Source of the DNA: Lophium mytilinum | Taxonomy: Eukaryota | Length of the DNA: 64,000 bases | Direction: 5' to 3' | Assembly (NCBI GenBank): GCA_010093605.1 | Contig: MU004190.1 | Coordinates: 620,001 to 684,000, forward strand | In this document: piece after piece, positions 49,908 through 63,400 of the stretch | Layout: each line of letters begins with the position of its first letter | How positions within the stretch are numbered: position 1 is the first letter of the stretch | Program-made: the position numbers and the translations under genes | Notes under the pieces: model-generated | What the model saw: only the letters and a program-made list of their open reading frames with translations | What the model was told of the DNA's origin: nothing | Database searches by the model: none

Positions 49908-50733
49908 CTATCGGGTACGCTTTAGCAATCGTAGCCCAATCCGATTCGAAACCTCCGTATTATACTTTGTCCAATCTCCTTCCACTATCAGATTCTTCGG
50001 AAACGGATACAACATGATCGAGTCCGGATCAAATCCGGACAACAAGATCAGTTTCTGCATCCGCAGCTTGATGACCGATTCCACATTATCAATTGCTTCA
50101 TAATCAAGCTCGTACTCCGCAAGTATGTTGTGTTGAACTTCCTCCTTGCTCCAGCCGCAGCGGGCTTTATAAAACGCGTAGCATTAGTCATGGTCGAAGG
50201 ACAGCGAGCCGTGTATCTCGCGGAAGTAGTACTAGTGCATGTGCATAAGGCCGAGCGCATGCCCGAACTTGTGGAGGATGCCCCGACGCAGGTCAGAAGT
50301 TGGTCTTGGAGGAGATGTTGCACAGGTTCATTGAGGGTATCCCTGCATGTGCGTACTCGCGCGACATGTTCCCAATTTGCGAGTAATTACCCATCCGAGG
50401 ATCGAAGGCAATGAGAATGTCGTAGTCTGCAGTGCCTTCTCTACTGTTGCGGTCGAGGTTAAAGGGTATGTTGACTAGGCCGTGCGTATGCCATTCGACG
50501 GCGATAGCAGCGACTTTCTCGTGCTGCCATTTGGTTCCACCCTAGAAGCCGACATACAGTTCGTTAGTTGACTAAACGATGGGCCCAACTTTCAGGACGA
50601 GGACGTCGTAAGTCTTTTGGGTTTTTGGGTCTGTGACGCTTTTGATCTCTTTGGTGGTGCGAGGATCGTTGAAATAACGGTCTTCGGCTGTGCAGGGATC
50701 GTCAAAGGTGGAGTCGTCGGGGATGTCAGCCAT
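49908..50733 (-). pseudogene. Decayed metzincin (astacin/ZnMc-like) zinc metalloprotease
   Basis: Manual translation gives ...DILIAFD..GNYSQIG..PSMNL / ILHKFGHALGLMHMH* ... GWSKEEVQHNIL ... FDPDSIMLYPFP (zinc motif and Met-turn), with several in-frame stops and at least one frameshift. Confidence 0.75.
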
Positions 50734-52042
50734 GACGTTGAAGATATTATTGAAAGTACAGAGGAACTCGAGGAAAATGTAAATTCAGCGGATAGCTTAG
50801 CTTTCCGCAGGTTAGTGGTGAAGAGTTTTCCCGGGAATCAAAGTCGAAGAGCGATCTTATGTCTGCGATTTTGAGCCTCAGCCTTGTCGGTCGTCGAACC
50901 TCAGCCTTCCCAGTATGTGCGTCCTTCGACACGTCAACACGCATACGTCACTGCGCTTTGTTTGATCCAATCTGCGCAAAGGATACGCGGAAGGATCATG
51001 CAGGAGGATATTGTAACCAAAGCGGATGAGTTTCACACCCCCCTCTTTCTCAGATTGCATTTTCTCTCGTTCGAGGGTAAGTGGTCTCTTGCGCATCTGG
51101 CCTTCGGTTTATACCAGGCACTCTACGGCTATAAGGGCTCTTCCTGAATCGGCCTGAAGCTCTAGTGTAGGCTGGGATGAATCAAAAAGAATCAATGCTC
51201 GAAGAAGAAAGCGAAAAGCTGCCAAGCAAACGAGCAGAGCTGGCCGCAATGAACCGCTTGCTAGCTTGTGCATCGTGAGCACAAGAGAACAAAGCTTCAC
51301 CCTAAGGCAGCAACGACAGCTCGGTCACCTCCGGCGAGCAACCGCACCAAACGAGAAGTCCTCTCTCTATAAAGGCAGCTACAAAAAAGCTCAACCTGCC
51401 AGCAAGCACCCACACCAAACTGAAAGTCCCCTCTTAAGAGGCAGCCGGCCGAACTCTACACTACCAGAGGCCGAGGATGAGCAGGCTGGAGGTCAGACAG
51501 TCAGACTTTATGGAGTCGCCAAGGAGAGCAAACGGCGGCGCCCTTACCCTAGAGGAGCTGAGAGCTGGTGGAAGTGGGGTGCTGGCCAGTCACAGCTGGA
51601 AGAGTGGGACAGGGACTGGCGCCAGCGGGATCCAGATGGTGCGATAGCAGAGACTAGAGGATTCAGTGGACGAGCGGGCGCTATCGAAGAACCTCTTTAT
51701 AAGTACGCAACCAGTAAGACACTCACAACCGTGCTGATACACGAGTAGAATTTGATGCCCGAAGCGCAATCTTACACAGCTCTTATACATGAATGATACG
51801 TTGTTGGATGTTCTAGGCCACTTTAGCGTGCAACTTGTTTTAAACTAGATCTGTATGATGATGAAAAATGAATAAACCTTAGATACTTTAACGCGCTACA
51901 GAACAAAGTCCCAGCAGCACTGCCCAGACGTACGTCCCTCTTTGCACTGCCTATTACGTGGTTGGCACAATGAACACAGCACCGTCCTGTCTATCCACTA
52001 ATCCCAAAATACTGTCTTTGTCGGCCATTCCTTTGATCTTCA

Positions 52043-54310
52043 TCATAGCTTTGCGGCTCCGGTTCGAGGGATTTCCTGGGGGACATTTTTGATCGCCTTG
52101 ATGTGCTTCTCTTTCTCTACTGGCTCCAGGTACCAACTGTCCCATGATTAGCTACGAGAACCACTTTCCGCACGCCTATATTTTACTCACGTCAGATCCG
52201 CCGAAATCTCACTTTGACTCTCGTCGAAAATGAAGCCATTGCCGAGCCAAGCGAACGTTAAATCGGGATCAGGGCACAGACTCTTCCAGTCAAAATCTTC
52301 GAAGCGGGGATTATCTAGTAGGTAGAAGTAGTGAAGCCGAGAGCCAGGGTGAAGTGAAATCAGATCCCCGTCTTGCTTGCCATTTTTGTACGTGCTAACG
52401 CAATGACTGCTCCACGAGGTCTTTTCGAGCCATGCAAGCGCGTGCTTCTGGTATGCCTTTGGTATATGTGGTTTCGGCACCACAGAGCTGTAGTTCTCCA
52501 CCTGTAACTTGGTGATAAACTTCACGATGTACTGAGTTACTCTCTGGAGCGCCGTCACAACGCTCCCATGGCCAATCGGGCTACCTGGTCCGAGATAGAT
52601 GAAATAATTCGGCATATCAGCCGCAGTGACAGAGAGGTAGCACTCCGGGCTAACGTCCCACTTCTTCTGGAGATCGACTCCGTTCTGCCCGATGGTTGGG
52701 AATCTAGGAGAGAAGCTCATATTGAACCCGGTAGCGCAAATTATCGTATCAACTGCGTAGGAGACTCCAGATTTCGATGTGAGTCCGGTCTCTTCAAATG
52801 AACCAATCTCTCCCCATACGATTTCAACCTTATCGGAACACAACGCTTCTAGATAGCCATTACCGGGGGTCGCTCGGCGGCAGCTGCGCGAGTTAGCATC
52901 TTTCAGTATTTTCCAGTATGGTGCTACTGGCCAGGAATTCGGCTATGGGTGTCGCTGAGAGGAAGGGAAAACAGGGAAATGGTAGCACGAACCCTACTGC
53001 AAAGTCCGGCACTAGCTTGTCTATTATCTCAGGCTTTGGTGCAAGTTTCTCCGCCATTTGATTGATCGAGAAGTCTAGAGCTTCTTTTTGTTCCGGCGAG
53101 TCCTTGAGATATAATCTGAAGCGCGAATTAAGTTCCAGCTCTATCGACTTCCGGTACTCCAGGTACTCCTCCGGGTTTTCTTCCCATCTCTTTTTTTGCT
53201 CTTCTGAGAACACCACGTTCGTCCCATTCGGACCGGCATACTTCTGGGCAAACCCTGCAGTTATCCATGTCTTACTGCGGATGAAGACGTAGACTTTCTC
53301 TACCTGGTCTAGAATTGCAGGTAGGATTTGGACTCCGGTACTTCCGTTTCCGATTAACGCTACAGTCTTTCCAGCCAGATTTGTACTCTTTGGCCAAGAC
53401 GCCGAGTGAAGCAGCTCGCCTCGGTACTTCTCGCGGCCGGCGATATTGGGCCATTTCCAGTCGTTCTAAATTTCTCGTCAGCTCATGTAAAGGTCACTCC
53501 CAAAATCTCCTAACACTTACAAAGCAACCTGTTGCATTCAAGAAAACGTCACATTCTTCCACAAAGGGAGCACCTTTCTCCCCTTCTTTTGTCTCCCGGT
53601 TACTGACCATCAGATCCCTACCATCAGTTTGAACCACCTGCACCTGCCATTTCTGGCGCTCTTCAATCCATTTGGCTCCAACGACTTTGTGTGATGTCTT
53701 TATGTACTTTCGAAGATGGTGCTGATCCGCAACATCTTCCATGTACTGATGGATAGCTTCGCCTGCTGCGTAATAGCTAGGAAAATGTGGATACGGAGCC
53801 CAGGAGAACTACAGATAGGTTTCAGCTACAATGTCAAAATTTCTGCTGTATAATCTATATACCTGGTAGTTATGAATAGGGATGTCGCAGCTGCGAAATA
53901 TCAGTAAGTCATATGACCTCACCACAAAGTTCATCGAGAAAGACTTACGCGCATCTAATAGGCGTCAGTTCGAAGTCACTTGGTTTCTACATCAAGGGGT
54001 GCAAAGACACATACCCTGGATATCTGTTCTCATACCAAGTTCCACCCACGGAAGCATTTTTCTCGAACACGGTCAGAGACACATTCTGCAGGCTGCCTAC
54101 TTCCACTTCTCGAGCTATAGAGAGTCCACTGAACCCTGCTCCAACAGCAATAACCTTCAGCGCCCTTCGAGTGCCAAGCGGAATCTGCGAAAGTGCATAT
54201 GCCACGTGATCTCTATCCCTGTAGGCTTCCGTTGATTCGCCACGCTTTAGGTCCTTGGGAAGGGCTGGCTTGAGTTCCTCGAGTGCTTCTTCCGCCGCTG
54301 TTGAAGGCAT
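52043..54310 (-). CDS. Flavin-binding monooxygenase of Baeyer-Villiger type; multi-exon; C-terminal AKL (PTS1)
   Basis: VGAGFSG, GGTWYENRYPG, fingerprint-like YRGELLHSASWP, second Rossmann GNGSTG and DTIICATGF. The last exon after the intron at ~52190-52137 encodes WYLEPVEKEK...RTGAAKL*. Confidence 0.9.
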
Positions 54311-55049
54311 GGTCGGTAATTCCCGAGAGATCAGTAGGAGGTACTTTGAACTAGATTTCCAAGAGCTTTTGGTATGCAAGGCTCTAATGTAACGATGTTA
54401 TGTCTCGATTACGTCTGTACTTCAAAGCTCATTGTGAACGCAGATTCGGAGACGCAGCGCATCAGCCCATACCCCGCCGAAAAAGGCATGGAGAATGATC
54501 AATTCGGATCCGGAATAGCCCTTAACTTTTGAGCGACCGAAACTAAAATCAAGGTGCACGCGCTATCCCCCAAATTCGGGCTGCTAGACGCCTCCGACCC
54601 GTCCTCGGTGATTAAATCGCCGAGCTCAGACGTTCCGAGAAGTATATTCCGAACGCTGCATCACAGACAACTTTCTGGCACATTGGTTTCTCCAGATCTA
54701 GGCGCCTCGTCAAAGCGGGTCAACTGCATAATACTAAGACCTTAGGCTATACGCAATCGCTCGCCACTACGTAGGGTACCTTTACGCAATCCAAAATTGG
54801 GACAGCTCGGTCGACCTTGAGACGCCACCTACGGGGGTAATCTAGCCGTGCAACGAGCTGACGATGAGGTTTCGAAAGCCAATATAATTCGTACTAAGAA
54901 GTAACATCCTATCCTGTAATTTTTAAGAAACAATCTAAAGTAACCTAAGCAGGGCGGCGAATCATGCACATCTAGTATGCTAAGCACTGAAGTAGATTTC
55001 TCATTGCTCACATCTATCTTCTCACGGATAAGCCATAACGTTCCCGTCC

Positions 55050-56102
55050 TTAAAGGTGCTTCTTCCCAAATTGAAGATGCTTTTTCCCAAACCGGATAAG
55101 CTCCGCCAGACCTTCGTCCGTGACCTCCCCCGCCGGTATGAGGGTGAAGGCATGCCATGCACCAGGTATAAGACAAAGCTCGGTTTCATTTCCAGCTTCA
55201 TTCCACTTAGCCGCCATAAACACGCTATCGTCCACCAACGCGTCTTCCGTGCCAGAAAGAAACAGAGCTGGAGGCAAATTCTTCAGATCCGCGTAGAGGG
55301 AAGAGACCTTCGGATTCTTCCTTTGATTGAGCGGTATATGGGAGAACGCTGCTTCCACGAACCCTTTCATACCATCCTGGCTTAAAACAGCTTCTCTCGT
55401 GTGACTCAAAAGAGATGGCGTGTATGTGAGGTCAAAGATAGCATAGCTTGGCAGCAATGCCGAAATTCTAGACCGCACGTCTACACCATGCTCGTCACGG
55501 AGTGCAAGAGCCACGGCCACGGCCAGACTCCCTCCAGCAGACTCGCCTGCCAGGATCCGCAGCGGCCCCCCTAGCGTACTCTCTCCCGCTGGGGACAGGG
55601 CGTACAGTGCTGCATCTACGCAATCTTGATGGCTCGCAGGGTATGGATTTTCTGGCGCTAGCCGATATTCCACTGAGACCGCTGTAAGACCCAGCGATTT
55701 AGCCAGATGTAAGTTGTAACTATCATAGGACTTTGCTGAGCCGATTACAAAACCTCCTAGTAGTCTATTAACAAAGGGTTCAAAGAATCATGTGCGGACA
55801 TACTTGCCAGCATGGAAATGAAGCAGGACGCCGTTTGCTGCATTCTCAGGTCTGATTATTCGAAGGGTGATTGAACGTCCATCTCGTGCTGGAGCAGAAA
55901 CCTCCTTTGCCCCGTCGTAAAAGAGAGGCTTGACAAAGCCATCGAGCCCTTCTAGCCTACTTTTTCGATACTCGGCAGGGGTACTGTACTCTTGCCATCC
56001 TTTTTGCGAGCGGCACATATCCTCGACCTTCTTCATGGTTTGTGCTCTTGCCGCCAGAACTTCTGGCGACGCGGGATTGTTTTTGATCGTTAAGCTAGCC
56101 AT
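55050..56102 (-). CDS. HSL-family alpha/beta hydrolase (esterase/lipase), 333 aa; GC-AG intron 55757-55807
   Basis: LHFHAG|GFVIGS oxyanion motif, EYRLAPENPYPA, nucleophile GESAG, DALVDDS and GAWHAF. Confidence 0.9.
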
Positions 56103-56959
56103 TGGGAGAGACTAAGGTGCTGAGTATACTGATTGGGAAGATCTGCCTGAAAGTAGAGGAATATTCAATAGCTAGGTCATAAGCCACGATCGGGTCTACG
56201 GAGCTCTATGATAATGTTTCAACAACTCCGAACGAGGTTTATACAGTCTAGACTACAACCTCGAATGCTGAGCATTCTGCATCCTAGTACACTCGGAAAA
56301 TTTAGCATGTTATAGACCCTGATTCAAGATAAGTCTAGTGACTTTCGGACACCATAGCTTTCCGAAGACTCGGGAAGAAGAGAGAATGACGCCGCGATTC
56401 ATTGGCCCCGCTATTGTTTCAAATCCTATTCGGCTGTTGACTTCCGGTCCTTGCATCTTGGTCACCATCTTCGCTTGCAGGCCTGTTAGTCCTACCCCGC
56501 AAGATTCAACCCCATCCCCATGGGGTACCCAGCCAACTAGCGTACACTAGCGCCTTGTTGCTTACTATCGTTGGTGACTCGGTGAGGGTGTGGTGCGCAT
56601 TCAGGGGTTTAAATATCCTTCACAACTGATCTGAATGCAGTAATCATCGTCAGCTTCAGCAATACTCTGCAGTACCAAAAGCATAACTCTGCATACCAGG
56701 TACTCGGAACACCTTTCAAATTCTACTGGGAAAGCCCCTATTGTGATTGCTCTGCATCCTTCCCTGGTAGAAGTCAATTGGAAAACAAACCAATCCACGA
56801 ACACTTGAAAGCAAACGCCGTTCTTGTTTCGACCAAAGGCATCTCGTGCCCATTCAGAACAAGTATGGAAACTCCCGAAGAAGTGACAGATGAGTGTGCA
56901 GAGACTGACTTCCCGACAGCACATTGAAAACAAATCTGCGCTGCAGACCGCTCTTCGAA

Positions 56960-58728
56960 ATGTCTGAGATCGCCCGCACGCAGACAACTCAGACGACTTC
57001 GTCTCAAAAGTTCCTTCGCCAACAGCATGTCAATCCCTACAGCGTCGGTGTCATTCTTTTCATAGCTCTCAGCTCTGTTGCGTACGGGTATTCTGGCTCT
57101 GTCATCGCCACGACCCTGACCCAACCCTCGTTCAACGAGAAAATGGGTTTAGACACGGCTCCCAATGCCGCAGCCCTGATTGGGGCGATGAATGCTCTAT
57201 ACTACACCGGAGGCATCTTCGGGTCCTTTTTGGCCGGTTGGACCAGCGACAAGTATGGTCGAAAGTTCTCTATCGGGCTGGGTAACGCTTTGGTACTCCT
57301 CTCTGGGGCTTTGATGACAGCGTCTGTCAACCCTGCAATGTTCATTGTGTTCCGATTCTGCAGCGGCTTAGGGTCAGTACTCTCACCTTCATGCCACAGT
57401 ACTCAGATCCTTGCAGTCACTTATCGTGTGCTAGGTCATTCGTAATCCTGGCAAGTGCTCCTTTATGGATTGCGGAGCTTGCACCGCCCAAGTTGCGAGG
57501 TATTGCAGTCGACGTCCACGCCGTTGGCATGATGGTAGGTTACACAACCGCATGTTATGTTGGGCTGGGCTTCTACTTCGTGTCCGGTGGCAATCAGTGG
57601 CGTGGACCTATCGGTATCCAGATGTGCATGCCTGCGATTATCCTTTGTGGTTTGCATTGGATGCCTGAATCACCGCGATATCTCCTTTCCAAAGACCGAG
57701 CTGAGGAAGCCTGGGCGGTTATCTCTCGAATGCATTCCTCGAAAAGCGACACCACTCAGGAGTTTGCCAAGGTATGTAGTACAGTTTGCTCTGTGTGGTA
57801 CGCTTTCTTCAGTCGAAATAACACTCGTTCAGAGGGAGTTCTACCAAATGCGGAAACAAATCGAGCTGGACACGACGCTGGCAACATCTTACCTGGGCAT
57901 CTTCAGGAAGCCATCTCTACGGAAGCGAGCATTCATGACAATCTTCCTGGAATTCGTCTTGATGAGCTCAGGCGTCCTTGTCATCCTCAGTGAGTCACCC
58001 AACATTCACGCCTCAACTTCCAAGTCCACCGCTAACATATCTCAGACTACGGCTCCATCATCTGGCGCAGCCTAGGCTTCAACACCGTCCAAATCCTCAA
58101 CTTCCAAGGCGGCTTCCAACTCACCGGCTTCGTCTTCAACGTCGTCGCCATGGCCTTCGTCGACCGCGTGAAACGCCCCGTCCTCATCACCACCGGCATG
58201 ATCGGCTGCGCCACCATCATGGCCGTCGAAGCCGCCCTCCAAAAGTACTACCTCGGCACCACCGACCGCGCGGGCCTGATCGCCTGCGCCTTCATGATCA
58301 TCCTCTTCCAAACCTGGTTCTCCCTCTTCCTCGACGGGCCCACCTACTTCTACGTCGCCGAGATCTGGCCCAGCCACGTGCGGTCGCAGGGCTTTGCGAT
58401 CGCGATGGCGACGCTGAGCTTGACGAATTTGATGTGGTTGCAGAGCGCGCCGCATGCGTTTGAGTCTGCGGGGTGGAAGTTTTATCTGTGCTTTATCCTG
58501 ATTCCGGCGTTTGGCGGGACGGTCATCTTCTTTTTCTTTCCGGATACGCTGAGGGTGCCGTTGGAGGAGATTGCGGCGATGTTTGGGGATGAGGATGAAG
58601 TTGTGGTGTATCAGCAGCAGCTGGATATGGCGAAGATTCCGCTGGATGTGCTGGAGAGTGGGCTCACTGGGCGAGCGGGAAGTACGTCGAGCAAGAACGC
58701 TGCTGCTCAGGAGATCGAGAAGGTGTGA
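56960..58728 (+). CDS. Sugar-porter family MFS transporter; multi-exon
   Basis: SDKYGRK, FRFCSGLG, WIAELAPPKLRG, MPESPRYL, VDRVKRP, EIWPSHVRSQG and FPDT..PLEEI. Confidence 0.92.
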
Positions 58729-59108
58729 GAGTTCGCGAGCGATTGGGCGTTGAAGAGGCTTTGTATTGTGTCTTGGAGGAAACCAGTGTCTGCTCGATCC
58801 ACATAGAAAGATGGCCTCAATTGATATCTAACGACGTTTGTTCATGTTTAGTCGTTCACATGTACACTCCGTCTCTCTAGATGCCTATAAGCTCCTGGTT
58901 GCTCTTGATAGAGTGAAAGCTTCCAGTCATATTCCCAAGGGTCAAGTATCCCCTGACTGGCGAGAAGGCACCTACTGCTAGTACATCACAGCACTCACAA
59001 CATACACCACCTTATCCCATGACACTACAACACAAATCCAACAATTTACCATATGTTTACGCAACAATTCTCATTCATCACGCCTACCCACCACTCGCAA
59101 GAAACCCC

Positions 59109-60869
59109 CTACAAAAACTCCCCCCCATCCCTCACCTTCAACGTCACATCCAACCCATTCTGCAACACCAACCACCCGGGAAACAGCCTATACCGCCCCT
59201 CCTCCACCAAGCCAATCTCAAACCTCCTAAAAAACTCCGGCACAAACTTCGAAATCTCCAGCATCGCAATATTCTTCCCCAAACACACCCGACTGCCCCC
59301 TCCAAACGCAAAGCTCAAACTCTCCAAATACCGCACCTTGTCGACGTCGGGGTCCAGCCACCGCTCCGGCACAAACTCGTGCGCGTTCTCTCCGTACACG
59401 GATTTGTCGCGGTGCACGCTCCATGCGTTGCACCCGACTACCGTGCCTTCTGGGAGGTACTTGCCGCAGAGTGTGATGCCGCCCGCAGGCACGTCGCGGG
59501 GGATGATCTGGCCTAAGGCTGGGTGCACGCGGAGGCATTCCTTGATGACGGCTTGGAAGTACGGCATTTTCTGGCTTTCGGCCCAGGTGATGGGTGTACT
59601 GTACTCGAAATCATCAGGGCGCGCCTGGAGCGTGTGTTTAAGCTCGGCCATAAACTTCTCGTAGCAGCCCGGGTGGGTGAGGATGCGGAAGATAGCTTCG
59701 CGGAGGGCGATGGCGGTGGTGTCGGAGCCTGCGCTGATGTTGGTGTTGGTGTATGTTGCGAGGCGGCGGTCGGTCATTAGCTCAGGGTACTTCTCGCGCG
59801 CTTTTATAAAGCGGGAGAGGAAGTCTGGGCGGGTCTGCGACTCGGAGGAGGAGGTGGCGTGTTCTCGGATTTGGCGCGCGGTGAATTTCATTAGGGGGCC
59901 TGTTGGGCGGAATTTGCGGAGGATGTAGCCGAAGCCTTTGATTCGGAGCCATTCGTCGAGGGTTGGGACTTGGCCGACCTGGGTTTATAAGCTGTGGTTT
60001 TTGGGATTGGATGGAGTTTTGTCACTCACAAATCCGATGTAGTCCATAGCTTTTCCGGTGTGATACATCATGTCGCCGAGGTCTTTGCCAGATTCTAGGA
60101 ATCCGAATCGTTTACTGAAAGTGAGTTCTAGTTGGTTATTAGAATCGCTCTCAAGCTAACAGCCAGAGCTCGAAGCAAGCACGTTAACTTACCGCCACTA
60201 ATTGCGTTAGTGAAGTCAAGACTCCTAGAGATAAGACCACTTACATTATATCAAAGGCGTACATCTGTACCCATTTCGATAGCTCACATTCTTTCCCCGT
60301 CCGCGCAAAACGCTCCTCGACCTCTTTAAAGAATACCAAAGAAGTAGAATCCACCAGAGGCTCGAACTCTACTAGTGTCCCCAACGAATACGCATGTGCG
60401 ACCGGTCGGCGAAGAATACTGTGCCGGGCCTCATCCCTAGTAGAAGAAACGTTCTCTAGAACGTGGCCATCTTCAGTGGTGACATATTGCGAAATATACA
60501 ACCGACTCTGTGTGATAAGTCAGCTGTAGTACAGCGAAGACATAGAAGAAGAGTCTCGACCTTGCTAAAGATTGGCTTCCATCCATATATGAGTTTGACA
60601 GCCTCCGCATCCGCGACTGCAATAGTGTTTGGCCCAATGCGCAGTAATGGCGAATTGTATTCCTCATGCATCTTCCATTCTTGGTGCCCTTTCCTCCGAA
60701 GATAATGAGAAAACATCCACGCATCTGTTAAAGAAGCCAAGAAAGGCCCAGGTATGTCCGAAAGCCCATTTTTGTACCGATTATACACCAGCCGCGCGAG
60801 GAGGGCACCAACGCATACTGGGAGCCAGTAAGTTTTCGCATAGAGAATGGCATCTAGTAGGATAGTCAT
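59109..60869 (-). CDS. Cytochrome P450 monooxygenase; multi-exon
   Basis: N-terminal anchor with IPGPFLAS, LRIGPN, I-helix AGSDTT, ECLR (ExxR), PERW and heme motif FGGGSRVCLG. Confidence 0.95.
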
Positions 60870-61346
60870 TTTGAATCCAGAAGACAAACAATGCAAAGCG
60901 ATCTCAGTCTTTTCCTAGCCACAGAACTCAAGAACGCATTGCAGAGATGTCTTCCAACTAGCACCAGGCCGAGGTGAGATTGACATATCCAGTGACTCAG
61001 CAAAGCTGGAACAAGCACACATCTCGGCAGCCATCGACCGAGTACCCCAAATGCCGCACCCGTTGCCGTATCCAAGGAACAATTTCGTGGCTTCGTTCCT
61101 GCACTCGATTCGATTTCCACCATGACTCTGCTTTACCCGATGCGGCGCGCCGATCTTCGTGGGGTTCGGAACCCTCGGTCAGCTCTCCCAACCCCCGAAC
61201 TTCCGTCATAGTGCCTTCTCCTGATTGGCTGCTCTGGACCATGCTTCATGCTGCATGCTTCATGCTGAATCGCAGCCATCGTCAGTAATACCTTCAGTCG
61301 AATATGCCTTGAAGATTGCAGAAAGTTTGCAAACCGTGTATTCCCA

Positions 61347-63252
61347 ATGACTGTCCTCCGCTCGAAACAATGGGTCGACATCCCCAAAGACATCTCCATC
61401 TCCGAATTAATGCTCCAAAACATCTCCAACACACCCCCGAATAAAATCATCTACGAAGACGCCTTAACCGGGAAAACAACAACCTACAGCGCCTTCCAAG
61501 CCCACGTCCAACGCGCCGCCTACTGGCTCCGCCACACCATCGGCTTCCAGCCCGGCCAAACCCTCGCCATAAGCTCCCCCAGCTCCACAGAATACATCAT
61601 AGTTGTGCACGCAGTCTGGTGGCTCGGCGGCGTCGCAAGCCTCATAAACAACTCCCTGCATCAATCCGAAATCGCCCACGCGCTCGACCTCATAAACCCC
61701 GATTACCTCGTCGTCCACGACTCGGTGTTCGAAAAAGCGTCGGAAAGCCTCAAACTTTGCGAAAAACCCCACGATATCCGCGTCTTGACGCTCGGGAAGC
61801 GGAGCACCCAATGGACCGCTTTCCCCGCCGACACGCTCCCTATCGCGCACCCAAAAGTCTCGACGCCGTACTCGCTGAAGGGGCAAGATGCCAGCAAACG
61901 CCTCGCCGGCATCCTCCTTTCCAGCGGCACCACCGGGCGTCCAAAGGCTGTGATGCTATCGCACTACAACCTGGTCGCCGCTATCAGCCAACTCCGCGGC
62001 GACAATCCAGATAATTGGAGAGGTAGCCAACGAGAGATCTTCTTCCCGCCGTTATCCCACGTCTACGCGCTGTACGTGTGCATCACCGGGTGTTTTTGGC
62101 TCGGGGCGTACGTTTGTTTGATGCCGAGATTCGATTTGGAGCTGTACTGCCGCCTGATGCAGGATCGCAAGGCGACACTGGCGAGGCTCGTGCCGCCGAT
62201 TGCGAAGATGCTGGCGGAGCATCTGGTTGTGAGGAAGTATGAGTATCCGTGTTTGGAGTACTTTTCTTGCTCTGCGGCGCCGTTGACGGTGAGAACTACT
62301 TACCAACGGATGTTTAGACGAGAGGATGTCTAACTGTTGTTAGGCTGAGACAGCTGAAAAGCTTTCGCTGGCATTTCCACATGTAGCCCTTTGTCAAAGT
62401 TAGTCCGTCCCCAGTGTCTTGCGCTCCAGCTACTGACACAAGTTTGATCCGCAGCTTACGGATGTACCGAACTGTCCGGCCCATGTGTGCAGAGTGGCGT
62501 TCGCGACAATACCATGGCTTTAGGAGCAAGTGGAAAGTTAATCGCAAATACAGAGATGAGGTTTCTAGATCTCGATGGTAAGGATGTGGGCGCAAGTGGA
62601 CCCGGTGAGATAACTGTCCGAGGTCCAAACGTGTACATGTGAGTACCCATATCTCAATATGAGCCCTGATAGTTGAGATCCTTCCTATGCAGGCAAGGTG
62701 CTGACCGATATAGGGGCTACAAAGATGACGAAGCGACGACACAAGAATCGATGATCGACGGAGATTGGTTACGCACTGGCGATCTGGGGTATATCGACAA
62801 GAAGGGATTTCTTGTTCTTTACGATCGGCTCAAGGACATTATCAAGTACAAAGGGTGAGCCACTCTTGTTTCCTGCCCGTGTTGTTCAACACGTCGCTAA
62901 GACTCCAAGCAGGTTCCAAGTCTCGCCGCTAGAGCTGGAGGATATCGCTCATCGACACCCACTCGTCGATGAAGTTGCTGTGTGCGGAGTATGGAGTGAA
63001 GCTGAAGCCACCGAGCTACCTCGCGCATACGTCGTGCTTAAGCAGGGGGTCGAAACGTCACCGACGCAGCTGTCACGGCATGCAGAATCGATATCGGCCT
63101 TTGTCTCTGGGAAAGTGTCCACGTACAAGCAACTACGCGGTATCGTATTCGTAGATGGCTTACCAAAGAACCCAACTGGAAAGGTGTTGCGGCGAGTACT
63201 TCGAGCGGAGAGGGAAAAGTATGAAACGGGGCCAATTCGCGCGAAGCTTTAG
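61347..63252 (+). CDS. AMP-binding acyl/aryl-CoA ligase (4CL/phenylacetyl-CoA ligase-like), peroxisomal (AKL); multi-exon
   Basis: [58 protein letters not shown] and C-terminal RAKL. Confidence 0.93.
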
Positions 63253-63400
63253 ACTTAGCGATCATCACAATGGAAGGCATTTTCGCATGTGTAGCGTTTC
63301 TGTGATATATCCATTTGGTGATTTGGTTATTAAACATCCGGTCTCGTGGAAATATCATGATGATGAACTCAAGTCTTATTCATAGTCGATGTTCGTAATC

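Noticed and set aside
51266..51748. 160-aa ORF, and a GAAAGTCCCC word resembling RNase MRP CR-I at 51422
   Set aside because: The ORF has a non-ATG start and no domain, and no matching CR-V partner was found downstream.
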